From positions 29,019 through 93,018 of the forward strand of contig JAQGDQ010000813.1 of assembly GCA_030141605.1 (NCBI GenBank): a DNA stretch of 64,000 nucleotides. The letters run 5' to 3'. The DNA is from Tubiluchus corallicola. Its lineage: Eukaryota; Animalia; Priapulida. The position numbers and the translations under genes are program-made. Within the stretch, counting starts at the first letter, position 1, and the number at the start of each line of letters is the position of its first letter. Shown in pieces: positions 12,801 to 24,800 of this stretch. Below the pieces are notes generated by a model. It searched no databases. It saw only the letters and a list, made by a program, of their open reading frames with translations, and was not told where the DNA came from.

Positions 12801-15800
12801 TAATTTGGGTGTACAGCCTGTACTCAATTTATCAAAATTTACGTGCACTAAATAATGCAGTTATGTCTTACATTCTTCATACTGAACTTATTTACCATGT
12901 TTTACACTTTGTCACATATCTTTTGTTTAATAAATTTCAGTTTTACTGCATTCATTTGTGATTACGACATTTAATAAATCTTTAATGATTCCTGGCAAAA
13001 TTGTTTGTAAGTATCTACCGTGGAGATAATAAAAACTTTATATAGGCAACATTTTCCTGTGGTCAATTATAACTTGGTATTTTTTTATTTTTAGCCACTA
13101 AACAACCAGAAGTGGAGACAAAAGAACCTACTGAGCCCACCAAAGCTCCAGTTCAACCTGAAATTTATGGTATTTAGTGTATTTAACATGTATTTAGTTA
13201 TTTGCAAGATTTTTTTAGGCAAACTAACCTATCATAAGTAAATATGTAAAAACTTTTCAATAACCGAGGCTGTAGCAGAACTTACAACCGTGGTATCAAA
13301 ATTAGATGCTAAAACACACAGTAAAACGAACAAATAAATATAGTAATTTGTTCTCTATATTATAGTCATTGGTATGCATGTAATTAAGTAAGTAAAGTTC
13401 TTTTTGTCCTCATAAAAAGTTATCATTCTCCACGGCTACTTCAGGGTAGTATAAATTGAAGCAATATTTGAACAAACTGATTTACACTATTTCAATTTAA
13501 AATACATCTACTAATGAACTTAGAATACATCAATTAAGATAAATCTTTGAGTACTTAAAAGTGTATATTTTTTATTTCATCTATATTAGATTTGCATTTC
13601 ATTTTTCACACTTGGTGACTGATTATTTTTATTTTTACCATCTTTGCCAGCCATTTTGAAAAAGAAAAGGAACAGACTGTTTTAGCTTGAATTTGAAAGT
13701 TAGGGATTATTTCTCCTCGTGTCTCAGATTTCTTCTCAGTTACTTTTTATAAAAACTCCATCAATATGAAGTGAAATGAACTTCATCCACTTTTTAGAAA
13801 TCTGTCATCAACCCAAAGTGGAAGGTCCTTGTCTGGACTACGAAATCCGGTACTACTACTCGGAGGAAGAGGGCGGAAGGTGTTCTCCTTTCTATTACGG
13901 TGGCTGCGAAGGAAACGATAACAACTTTGAAACTTATGATGATTGTTATGAACTTTGTATCGAGGGTAAGTCCTACTCTGTATGAAACAAGGTAAACATA
14001 GTCCTGTTTACTGGTGCCCTACGAAAAACTAATTTCAATTTTAGCAGCAGAATAGTGATTTTGTAATACCTTGATACTAAATATACGTTACTTTACCTGT
14101 AATATTGATCAGTGTCATATATCACTGTTAGTCATTGTTGTGGTAATCGTTCGTTGTAGTGCTTGTTGTTATTGCCATCGCTGCCGTTGTCGTCATCAGT
14201 ATGATCTTCCTATCATGATTTCATGCATGTCACTATTGTTGTTATCATAATTCATAATCATTTTTCCTTCGTCTTGCGGAGAATGACGATCTAGCAGTAT
14301 AGTTTTCTGCTTTTTCTTTATTTGAGAGGCCCGGGGTTCAAACCTCAACTATAGGTGAAATTTTTCATATCACGTACTTCTTTGCTTAGGGATTCCCTGG
14401 CTCTTCCCTAGGGCCATTTGTCCTTAGTGCATATTCGAAGAAAGAAAGACCGGTTAACTGCCCGTTCTTCTAGTGCCATCTATCAGAGCATTTAGTAGGT
14501 GGTACCATTCTGTTTCTCTTGTAATCTTGATCATTGTCCCAGTTATCAATATCATCTAAAACATTTGGTGGAATGTGTCCTCTTTCTTTCATTAGTTTAA
14601 TACTGCAGCCATGTCATACCAAACATTTTAAAAATTGTACCTGCTGTTGCCCTTCCGGGTGTGTGGTATTCCGGGTAAAAGTGGGTAATACAAGCTCTGT
14701 TATGTAGTTACACGTTGTTATTTACATTTGACAATAAAAGCCTCATGATAGGCTTGTGTTGTTTGTTGAATTTAAGGCAGATTTTAAATAAAGGTTATTA
14801 TTATAGTCGTCGTCGTCATCATCATCATTATTATCATTGTTATTTTTCTTCTTCTTCTTATTTATATTTTGATGTTTTCAGGTCTTCAGGAAACAACATC
14901 AACAGTTACCGTCACCACAGTAAAGGAAGAACCAGTTGGTATGTATAGCTGCTTCCAATGTACTTTAAATTTTTTGTTAACAAATTGCCTTTATTTAGTT
15001 TTTTATTGTTGTTTTTTATTTCTTAGTTGAGGACTTGTCACATTGTGTGATAAATTTTGTGTCATTAAAGAAAGTCAAATACTAAATTTGCAATTTTAAT
15101 GTGCAATAAAGAAAATGAAATCTTTATTCAGAAATTTTAATGATTCTATCAGTGTTGCTTTCCATAAGCCTTGCTCATTCCGTATGAAATACAGTTTTTG
15201 GCATTACATAACTCTTAACTAATACTTTGAATTCATTTCTTATTTTCCATTATAGTTATGTCTTGTAGAATTCAATCTCTTGCATCATTTTTTCAGACTG
15301 ACATTAAAGAGTTTCATGTTGGCGTTATTTTTTTAGAAATATGCAATGCTCCCCGCGAGGCTGGACCATGTACAGACTATGTGCTGCGATGGTATTATTC
15401 CGGTGACGAAGAACAGTCATGTAAACCATTCTACTACGGCGGCTGCAACGGCAACAAAAACAACTTTGAGTCCTACGAGGAGTGCTACGACATTTGCATT
15501 GAAGGTAAGTAACTTTTAAACTGCCATATGTGTAGTAAGTGTATTATTTTATTTCCATTACCATCTGTTTTTAATGGTTATTGCTGTCATCTTCTACAGA
15601 CATGTAACAATAATCAAAAGGTTTTCAATTAATTTTTCGCAGTGATGTTGTGACGATAAACATAGATTTATTTTCTCTATTGATTTCGATGATGTTGATT
15701 TTGTTGTTGGTGATTAAGTGATGTTTGCTTTTATGATGCTCATATTTCTTGAGCTGAGCAAGCCAGGTTTCCATGCCCCGATATTTGTTTTTCATTTAAT

Positions 15801-18800
15801 GCTTTTATTTCATCTTGGTAATTAAATTTCTTTCTGCTTTTCTACGTTTTACGTCATTTTTGTTTTCATGGTTTTTTTGTCTTCGGCGTTGTGTGGTTAG
15901 CTGCCTACTGCTGTCTATTTGCTGTGCTTTAGCTTTGATACATTATCTTCGTTTTCTGCTGGCTTCTCTGTGTTATTCTGATTTAGTTTGGATAATTAGT
16001 GCTTACTATTGCTGCTGAGTCGAGCTTTTACATCGACAGTTCTGCTTATTTTGCTTTCTTTTGACACATCAGTGTTTTTGGCTTAGCCTTATTTGCTTTC
16101 TTTTCTTAATTTTAGCAACTTGCAAGGGCAGATTTTTTCTCAATGTTTTCTGTTTGCACGGCTTTCATTTTGTGGCTTTTTGCAGTCAGTTTATTTGTCT
16201 GTTTGTAGAGCTTATAGAGTTTAAAAGTTGTGAGTTTATTTACAAGTTTATAGAGCACTGTAATCGTGTGACATTCTAGCTGTACCAGAGCCTATTGAGC
16301 CACATGAAGAAACTACATCCACAACGGAAGCTCCCTCTACCGCTGCCACTGCCACAAGCACAGTGGAAGAAGTGACAGAAGAATTATCAGATTATGGTAA
16401 GAAGTTCTGAGATCACACTACAATTATGTCTGACGATGTGTTAGCAGTTATTTGTATCATCTATTTGCATTTTATTTATTTTGAGCTTCTTTAACATTTA
16501 GTGCAGAATTTATTATTAGTACTTTCTTAATTCTGCAGAAAAACCAATATGGAAGATGGAATATCGAAATGAAATTGTTCAGTATGAGGAGTATTCTTTG
16601 ATAGCTAATTAAATGCAATTATAAAACGAGGATAAATTTTACGGTGTCGTTACATACATTTAATTAATGCTAATTGCAGGGTTATTGTGCCAGAAACTGG
16701 CAAAAAGTTATACTGTTTTTAATAATTCAGTTTTGTAAAACTTTAACTTATATCCATCAGGTGCGTAACCAGGCTCTAAATTAGAGGGGGAGCAAGCACT
16801 TAAAAAAAAGCACTGTGACACATACCAAAGAATTTTAATGCATTGATTCTTTCCCTTGATTTGCAACTTCTTTCATTTTCTTTCTGTCCCACCTAGATGG
16901 TTTCTTAATGTTTTTCTCCACGGCATTCTTTATCAGAAAATATATATATGCTACTAATACTACTAGGCAATGAGTTGCGTAAATGCACGCTCATTTCAAA
17001 AACATGGAAGGCAGGTTGGACTAATAAAATAATGACTCTTTCCTGACCATAGAAATAAAAAAGATTCGAATCGGTTGCTCCCCTTGTTACCCTGCTTTCC
17101 TTACTACCCTCTTAGCTACAGTACTGATGTCCATGGCACTGGTTTCATATTTATGTTGATGTTTTGAATTAGTAATTTTTATTTTCTACTCTGTTTAATT
17201 TGAAGAGAATTCACTTTATCTGATCGACTGAAACAAAACGATTTCCCGTTTTGCTTCATGTAAGTACTGTAAAGTGGGCAATAGATGTCAGTGTCATCTG
17301 ACTAAATTGTAATGGTTATAATCATTGCATTTGCTTTTAAGAAAAGTGCCACCAACCCAAAGAAGCCGGAACTTGCAGTTCGTATGTTCTGCGGTGGTTC
17401 TTCTCTCCAGAGGAGGGTGATCGATGCGTGCCGTTTTATTATGGCGGCTGTGAAGGCAACAGCAATCGCTTCGAGACCAGGGAAGAGTGCGAAGAGACTT
17501 GCAAGGATGCCAGTATGTGTGAGCTATGATTTTAAACTAATCAGTTCCCTGAAAACATATGTCTGTGCTGAGCAGTTAAACATGACAAAGGCATGCGATG
17601 TTATTACTAATGTAATTTATGCACCTTGAAGTTATTGTATCAGAATGTTTGCAAACATTTCCAACACCCATTGTTTTTATGATTTACAGTAATTTTGCTT
17701 TTATATGGCGTAGACATGTTTTACTCGCTGTACAGATAGTCGTCAATTTACGACCACAAGCGGGATCGTCGGATTGGTCGTAAGATGACTTGCACCCGTA
17801 TATTTCTAGTGATGCACCCCTACACGTAAGATGTGTGTGTGTGTGCGTACTCACAATAAGTACGCGCGATTCATTTATCAAAACAGATAGCGATTTAAAG
17901 TTAATCCCTACACTGTAAGATGTGTGTGTATGTGCAGTGAGAATGGTGCCTACTATTCATTTATCAAAACAGACAGAGATTTAAAGTTAATCTGTCCAAA
18001 AAAGTAGAAAGAAATATGAGTTATAGTTGGTTTTGTATAATTAATTAAGTTGCAGTCAGGTTGTAAAGTCGAACAATCGTAAGTCTCAAGAGACGTAAGT
18101 AAGAAATTTTACCTGTAATTGATTCTAGTGATTCTGGCGCATTTGATGATCATAGAAATTTTGTATTTCTTAGCATGGGTGGTGCACTACAAGCAGAGTC
18201 CAGGTTCTAGTGCCAGCTTTAGTAAACGTTTTTCAGGGATGTAAATTTTTCATTTTCAATATCTGATTATATAATTCTATTTCATAAGAAGTTTAACTGA
18301 TTTTAATTTTGTTATTAGATAGTTACATGAGTGCACTTTTTCATAATATTCATTGTTTATTATTAAGCAGCTTAGAAACTGATACATTGATGAACTTTTC
18401 AGCTCCTCCACCAGCGAAGTTGGAGACATCTACTCCCAGCAGTACCGAAGAAGAACTTGTCCCAGAAACAACAGAGGCTAAACCTAAGCTTGGTATATTA
18501 AAATTGATTTATTGCCATAAAATACATATTTACATATATATGCACATTATTACACATATATGCTGTTTATGTTTATAAAAGAAATATAATACAAGTATTA
18601 ATAAATAAAAAAATATGACCTATGATGGTATAAGAAAGCACTGACTTATACAGCAATACTTATAAAATCTAAGTACATTAAAATTTTACTTAATCAATTT
18701 TTATAATAATATTTTTCTTTAAAAGTTGTTTAAATTTATTAAATTTTCTAATTTAATCCAGCAAGAAATATCCTATTTGTATGTACTTGATTGCATCTAA

Positions 18801-21800
18801 TCTCTTACGTAAAAAATTTATTATTTTAAGAACCATGCCAGCAGCCACGTGATCCTGGTCCTTGCAGCGACTATGAGTTGCGTTACTTCTTCTCCGCGGA
18901 AGATGGTAATCGTTGCTCTCCATTCTACTATGGTGGCTGTGAAGGAAACGAAAACAATTTCGAAACACGGGAGGAGTGTGAAAACGCCTGCGTCATACAG
19001 CGTAGGTTCTGATTGGTGTTTAAATGCTGCTGCTGCTGTTGCTTTACCTGCACTTACTGATGCCATTACCTGCAGTCATTGCTTTGATTTTATTACTCAT
19101 TTTATTCTTCTTGATTTTATTTTTCTTTTGCTGCTGATATTTTTTGTTTGCTGCTGTAGACACCAAATTCATGCCATGTTTTACTCCTGCTTGTAGGTTA
19201 TGATTTAAAATTTGTGTATTTCCTCTTGTTTCTCTTGTTTTAACTCTTGAAAACTGAACATATTTATGATACATTTTATTCTTAAAGGAAGACAGGATGA
19301 TTTTTCATATACTACTCCGTTTTCAAGTACAGTAAGAAGTATACATTTTAACACCAGTAATACTGTAAAAGCGTTTCTGATAATTAAATGATAGATTACA
19401 ATCTTAATTAATAGCTGGCGAGCCCAACTAGTGATGACGTCACAGGCTACCATAATGTCTAACATCAAAAACATTCCATGAGTGTGTTGCATGTATTTAC
19501 GAAAGCGAAAATTGAAGTACAGTGCGACTGTAAGAGATTCAGTGTGTTGTACTAAAACTCGACAAGTTTTAAGATAAAAATTCAAATTTCAAATTTACTG
19601 CTGTGCTCACGCATAAGCTGTCGAACATGTGCAACTCGTCACAAACTAACACATCTGAACGGAGAGTTACAGCACCTGTTTTTTGTGGAATGCATTTCTG
19701 AAATGCAGGCGCTTGTGTCCGTCTAACTAGTGAATGACGAAATGCATGTAGCAGCGAAGAACTAGTGGCGCGAACGCGTAATATATCAGTAGTATATAGT
19801 TTATATTTCAATATTTTATAGAGTAGATTGTTTTGACATACAGTTTAAGATTGGATCCATGTATTTTTTGTATTAATTTAGCATAATGTATGTTGAACTG
19901 AAAATTTTTTTGGTTGATTGCTATTGCTGTAGAGTGACATTTATTTTGCGAAAAATATTACAATGATTTTTAGGATTTGTTTTATAACTGCTATAATTTT
20001 TTTATGGAAGAAGTTTATAATTACCCACAAAATTTAAATACCCTAACCTTACACCTAACCCTAACTCTAATCCGCTTTACGAATTAATTTCTTGTGTGTG
20101 GGGAATTGTAAATTTGCTGTAATATTTATTGTGTGTTTATAAAAAACAAATGCTTGTTTTTAGGTTCTTATAGAAATTATAAAAGGCTGATGCACATTTT
20201 ACCGATGTTACTGTTGAGACTGCTTTCGTGTTTTTGTTTTAATTTTTTTCTTGTCGGTTCCACTTGGAAGATTAGCTGATTTCGCTTAGTTGCTTAAATT
20301 TGCATAATTTTGGATGTTTGTGCTGGAAGTCTGCTTTGGTTTTTGCATACAAGAGGGTACTGGTCTGCTTTGGTTTTTGCATATTAGAGGGTACTGGTCT
20401 GCTTTGGTTTTTGCATACTAGAGGGTACTGGTCTGCTTTGGTTTTTGCATACAAGAGGGTACTGGTCTGCTTTGGTTTTTGCATACTAGAGGGTACTGGT
20501 CTGCTTTGGTTTTTGCATACTAGAGGGTACTGGGCTGCTTTGGTTTTTGCATACTAGAGGGTACTGGTTCACTTTGGTTTTTGCATACTAGAGAGTACTG
20601 GTTCACTTTGGTTTTTTGCATACTAGAGGGTACTGGTCTGCTTTGGTTTTCGCATACTAGAGGGTACTGGTTCACTTTGGTTTTTTGCATGCTAGAGGGG
20701 TTAGTGGTGCTCATAACATCTCATGCTGCTTTTGTTGAATCGCAGATGTAGTAATTTTAAAAGATGTCTAACAAGTCATTTACTTTTCTGATTAGAATTA
20801 AACTGGTTTTGAGTTTATTATACAGTTGTAAGTACAAAACATTTTATTTATTATCTTTACTTGCCCCTTTACTTCAAGCTGTAGTTACCTTGTTTATTTT
20901 ATTTTCCACATTTTGTTTCTTTGTTTGCGTGTTAAATAATTGAGTCTCTGTACGTATTTTTCTTTAAAATGTTTACTCGGCGTTTTTGTGTTTCTCCGAA
21001 CTTTAGAAACTTTACGTTCATTGATTAGACTTTGTTTGTTTTTTTGTTTACTTTCTGTCATTATTTAAATTCCTTTTATTCTTTATTTGACAACATGTAG
21101 TAAAATCTGAAACGGAAACAGAAGGAACAACAGAAGAAATTGCAACTGCACAATTGCCTGTAATTAAGAAAGTGGCACCTCATGGTATGATATCTTGTAT
21201 TACATAGGAAGTGACGGGTGCAAATTTATTTTTGTCTCTTTTGGGCTTTTGTGTGTCTGCAATCGCCTCGTTTTTCTGCGACAAAATGGTTTGACATTTA
21301 AATGCTGTGGAGCCTTGTTGCATTTTTAGTATCAGCTTGACTTAAAATTGTATCACTGTCAGTTCTTGTTATTCGCATGAAATTCGTATTTTGATTTTCA
21401 ATTAATCGAAGTCATTAGTAATTAGAATAAAACGCGATGATGACTCAGGCCGAAACATTTGGATTTTAAAGAGATCTGCCTTCAAGAGAAAGAGACTGGA
21501 CCATGCGAGGACTTCAGTCTACGATGGGCTTATATAGCAGAAGATGGAGAGTGCATACCGTTTTATTACGGTGGATGCGAGGGCAACAGTAATAACTTTG
21601 AAAACGTCGCAGAATGTTCTAGTTTTTGTTCACAAGAGAGTATAGGTAATGCTGTACAAGGCAAGAGCTTACTGCAGTCGTTCATGAAGTGTGTAGTTGT
21701 TTTACATGCTTACTGCTGCAAATCATGCTGTGTGCGGCTACCGTAGATGCTAAATGAGGTGGTGTGATGGTTTGCTGCTCTTTAAACAATATGCACCATA

Positions 21801-24800
21801 TTGTTTTTAAAGCAAGCTAAGTTACAAGAGCAGGGAGCTTAAATCAAGCTGCATTTGCTTCAGGCAGTGAACACAGAGTAACTGTGTTATGAATATTTGC
21901 TGGGATCATCGCTTTTATTGTTGCTGCTGCCTACCTGCTGCAAATGTTGTAGAATTATGTCTGTTTGCAGTTTGAACTGTGCTTTATTGCTGTTTGAAAA
22001 GGAACTTCAGTGGCCCGCACAACACAATTTTCATTTGTCATTTGACACTAAAATCTTTTCAGCTGCTTTAAAGAAGATATAACTATCACTTTGCATTTCT
22101 TGCAGTTATGGTTAGTAATCTGGCAAAATGGCTTTGTTAATGGTTAACACTGTTGATTATTTTCTTGTGTGGGTTGATTTTTGTGCCATTGCTTTTTGCT
22201 GTGTTGAAAAACATTAATTTCAGGCCGTGATTAGGTTATCACAAGTTTCTTTGAAAATGTGCCATTCAGTGTCTTTTAGTTTTAATTGGTTAATCTGTCA
22301 CTGCCTTTTTAATCCTCCACAATAAAAAATGGTGTTTGTTGATTTTGTTCATTGTTTTGTCAAATGATGGCGCAACTACTCGAACTTATACTTTAAATGT
22401 TTTGAAGATAATGAAGTACATGTGGTGTGCTTTTTTGCTACTTCTGATCAGGTTTAGGATAGAACTTCGCTTGATATTCCCATCACAAACTTAGTGTGCA
22501 TTTGCGTTATTTTTTCCTTCTTTTTAAAGAAAAATCCAAAGCTGATGCAAAAGATGAAGACAAGATGAAAATGGAAAAGGACAAAAAACTATCATCTGGT
22601 ACGGTTGTCATGGCAATAATTGTTTTGCACTTTTTGAATTTCTAGTTTGCAAGCCAGTTTTTTAAATTTTCTGTTACAATAGAATTATGGAATTGTTCCA
22701 AAGGAAAACTATAATATTGCTGTAATATTTACATTCTTCAACTGTGATGAATTTCCTTTGGTTTAGTCAAGTATTTTTTTGTAAATTTTTTTGGTTCTCT
22801 CGGTCCATTAGATTTTTGCTTTAGTATACCCAAGTTTTTAGCATACTGGTACACTATTTATTGCACCTTTTTGCGCATTCTGTTTTAAAGATATTTGTCA
22901 TCAGCGCATGGAAACGGGACCTTGTGAGAATTACGAGGTCAGGTACTACTTCAATCCGGAGTATGGCGCTTGTGAAACATTTTATTATGGCGGCTGCGAA
23001 GGAACCAAAAATAACTTCGCAAGTTTCGAAGAATGCGAAGAAGTGTGCGGTACAGCAAGTAGGTGTTAGAGTGTGCGAATTCAAATGAATAGTAAATTGG
23101 TATAGGCTATTTATGCTGCCTTATCGAAAAGGCTTTTGAAGTAAAACATGGAATAAGATGATGGCATTAAGGTCAAAAGCCAGATGTGATTCTAAATTGT
23201 TAGGATTTTGATGAATTTTGTTTGTTGGGGTGAACAGTTAAGGCTGGGAAAGAACCACGCAATAATGGCTTCTCATGGGGAATCCTAACTGTCTTACTTG
23301 ACTTGCTAGATTATAACTGAGTTTATTTTAGCGTTTGAAGTCTTTGACCACATTTAAACTTTTAACTCCTGTTTTTTAATGTTCATCGGGATGACTAAAT
23401 TCACTTAAACAAATAAAATGTCATGATTGTTGCAGTAATTTTGCACAGACCACTAAGTAAATGTATTGGACACTGTACGGAAAAATGACTTTATATTGGT
23501 TAAAAAAATTTAAATGTTTATCTAAGCCTGTTATTTAATTAAAGTTTATGCATTCATCACTTTGAATTTGGGATTTAAGTAGAGGCCATGTTTTAATTAA
23601 CTGTTATTGTTGCATTGCAAAAAAGTGTTAGTTTAAAAAATCATAAGGAAGCCTTTCACTGTCGCTTTATGCAGGTGTCCTTGAAGAAGAACAGAACGTT
23701 ATTGAGGAGCAGCTATCTGAAGGAGATTCAATTGGTACTGCTTATAGTGCAATCACAGATAATTTTTCAGCTTTTTTAAATTTTCACCGTAGGATCAGTG
23801 TTAGTAAACTTAACTCACTCGTGTAACCATGGCTGCATATGATTCCAGTTTTTTCTTTGGACTCCTTATCTTTGCAATTCTCAACTAAAAGAATTGTTTC
23901 AAAGATTTTGAACTATAAATTTATATGCTCAAACAATGTGCTCAAACAATATGTTCACAGAGTTCATTAGCAGATTTGTTGCAAAGGTATACAGACTATC
24001 GAGTTTTTTCCAAGTAACTCGTAAGCATGTTCAGACTATAGAGCATTGCTTGCTGCAAGTTACTCTTCGACAGTAAGGATCAGCTAATACTCACTTTTCT
24101 GCTCCCTGCGAGCAGTATCGAGAATAACTCGCCGAGGCTCTCACACACTAGACGCTAAATTAACTCGCAGTAACTGAAGGAAAGTTTGCAGTAACTTGCC
24201 GACAGTAACTCGCAAAGCAGTTCACACTTGCTGTCGGAGTGAAAACTCTCTAGTCTGAATGCGCTGTAAGAATTATGCTTGTATCAGATCTGTGTTCATT
24301 ACTATAGCTCTTTTGTTTCTGAGTGGCCATTGGCCTTGGGGGGGGTGATTTATTTAAAAAAACAAAATGTCTCTTTATTAATCTAACAATCTCTTTTATG
24401 CTGTACTGTTAATGTTTACAAATAATATTTGGCACATGTATTATTACATTTTAATATGATAAAATGAGCACAAATTTTGAAGATTTTCATAAACTTTTGC
24501 CATTTAAGAACAAATCAAACTAATCAATTGTACAGAGTGTTTTCACATATTTTAAGATCGTTGTCACTTGGAAAAGGATGCTGGACCCTGCCCTGATTAT
24601 GTTATTCGCTTTTATTTCTCTTCAACCGAGGGCTCGTGCTTCGGGTTTTGGTATGGCGGTTGCGAAGGCAACGCGAATAATTTTGAAACGTTCGATGAAT
24701 GCATTGAGCAGTGCTCCAAATCAAGTAGGTCGTTTTGCTGTGTCGCTTACAACTGCAGTGTTCGTTTTTATTACGAAGAAAAGCCATCAGCCTATTGTGT

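Noticed and set aside
20272-20714. Repetitive ORFs and CRISPR-like regularity
   Set aside because: Head-to-tail 34-bp repeats with no unique spacers, eukaryotic intron, no cas genes.
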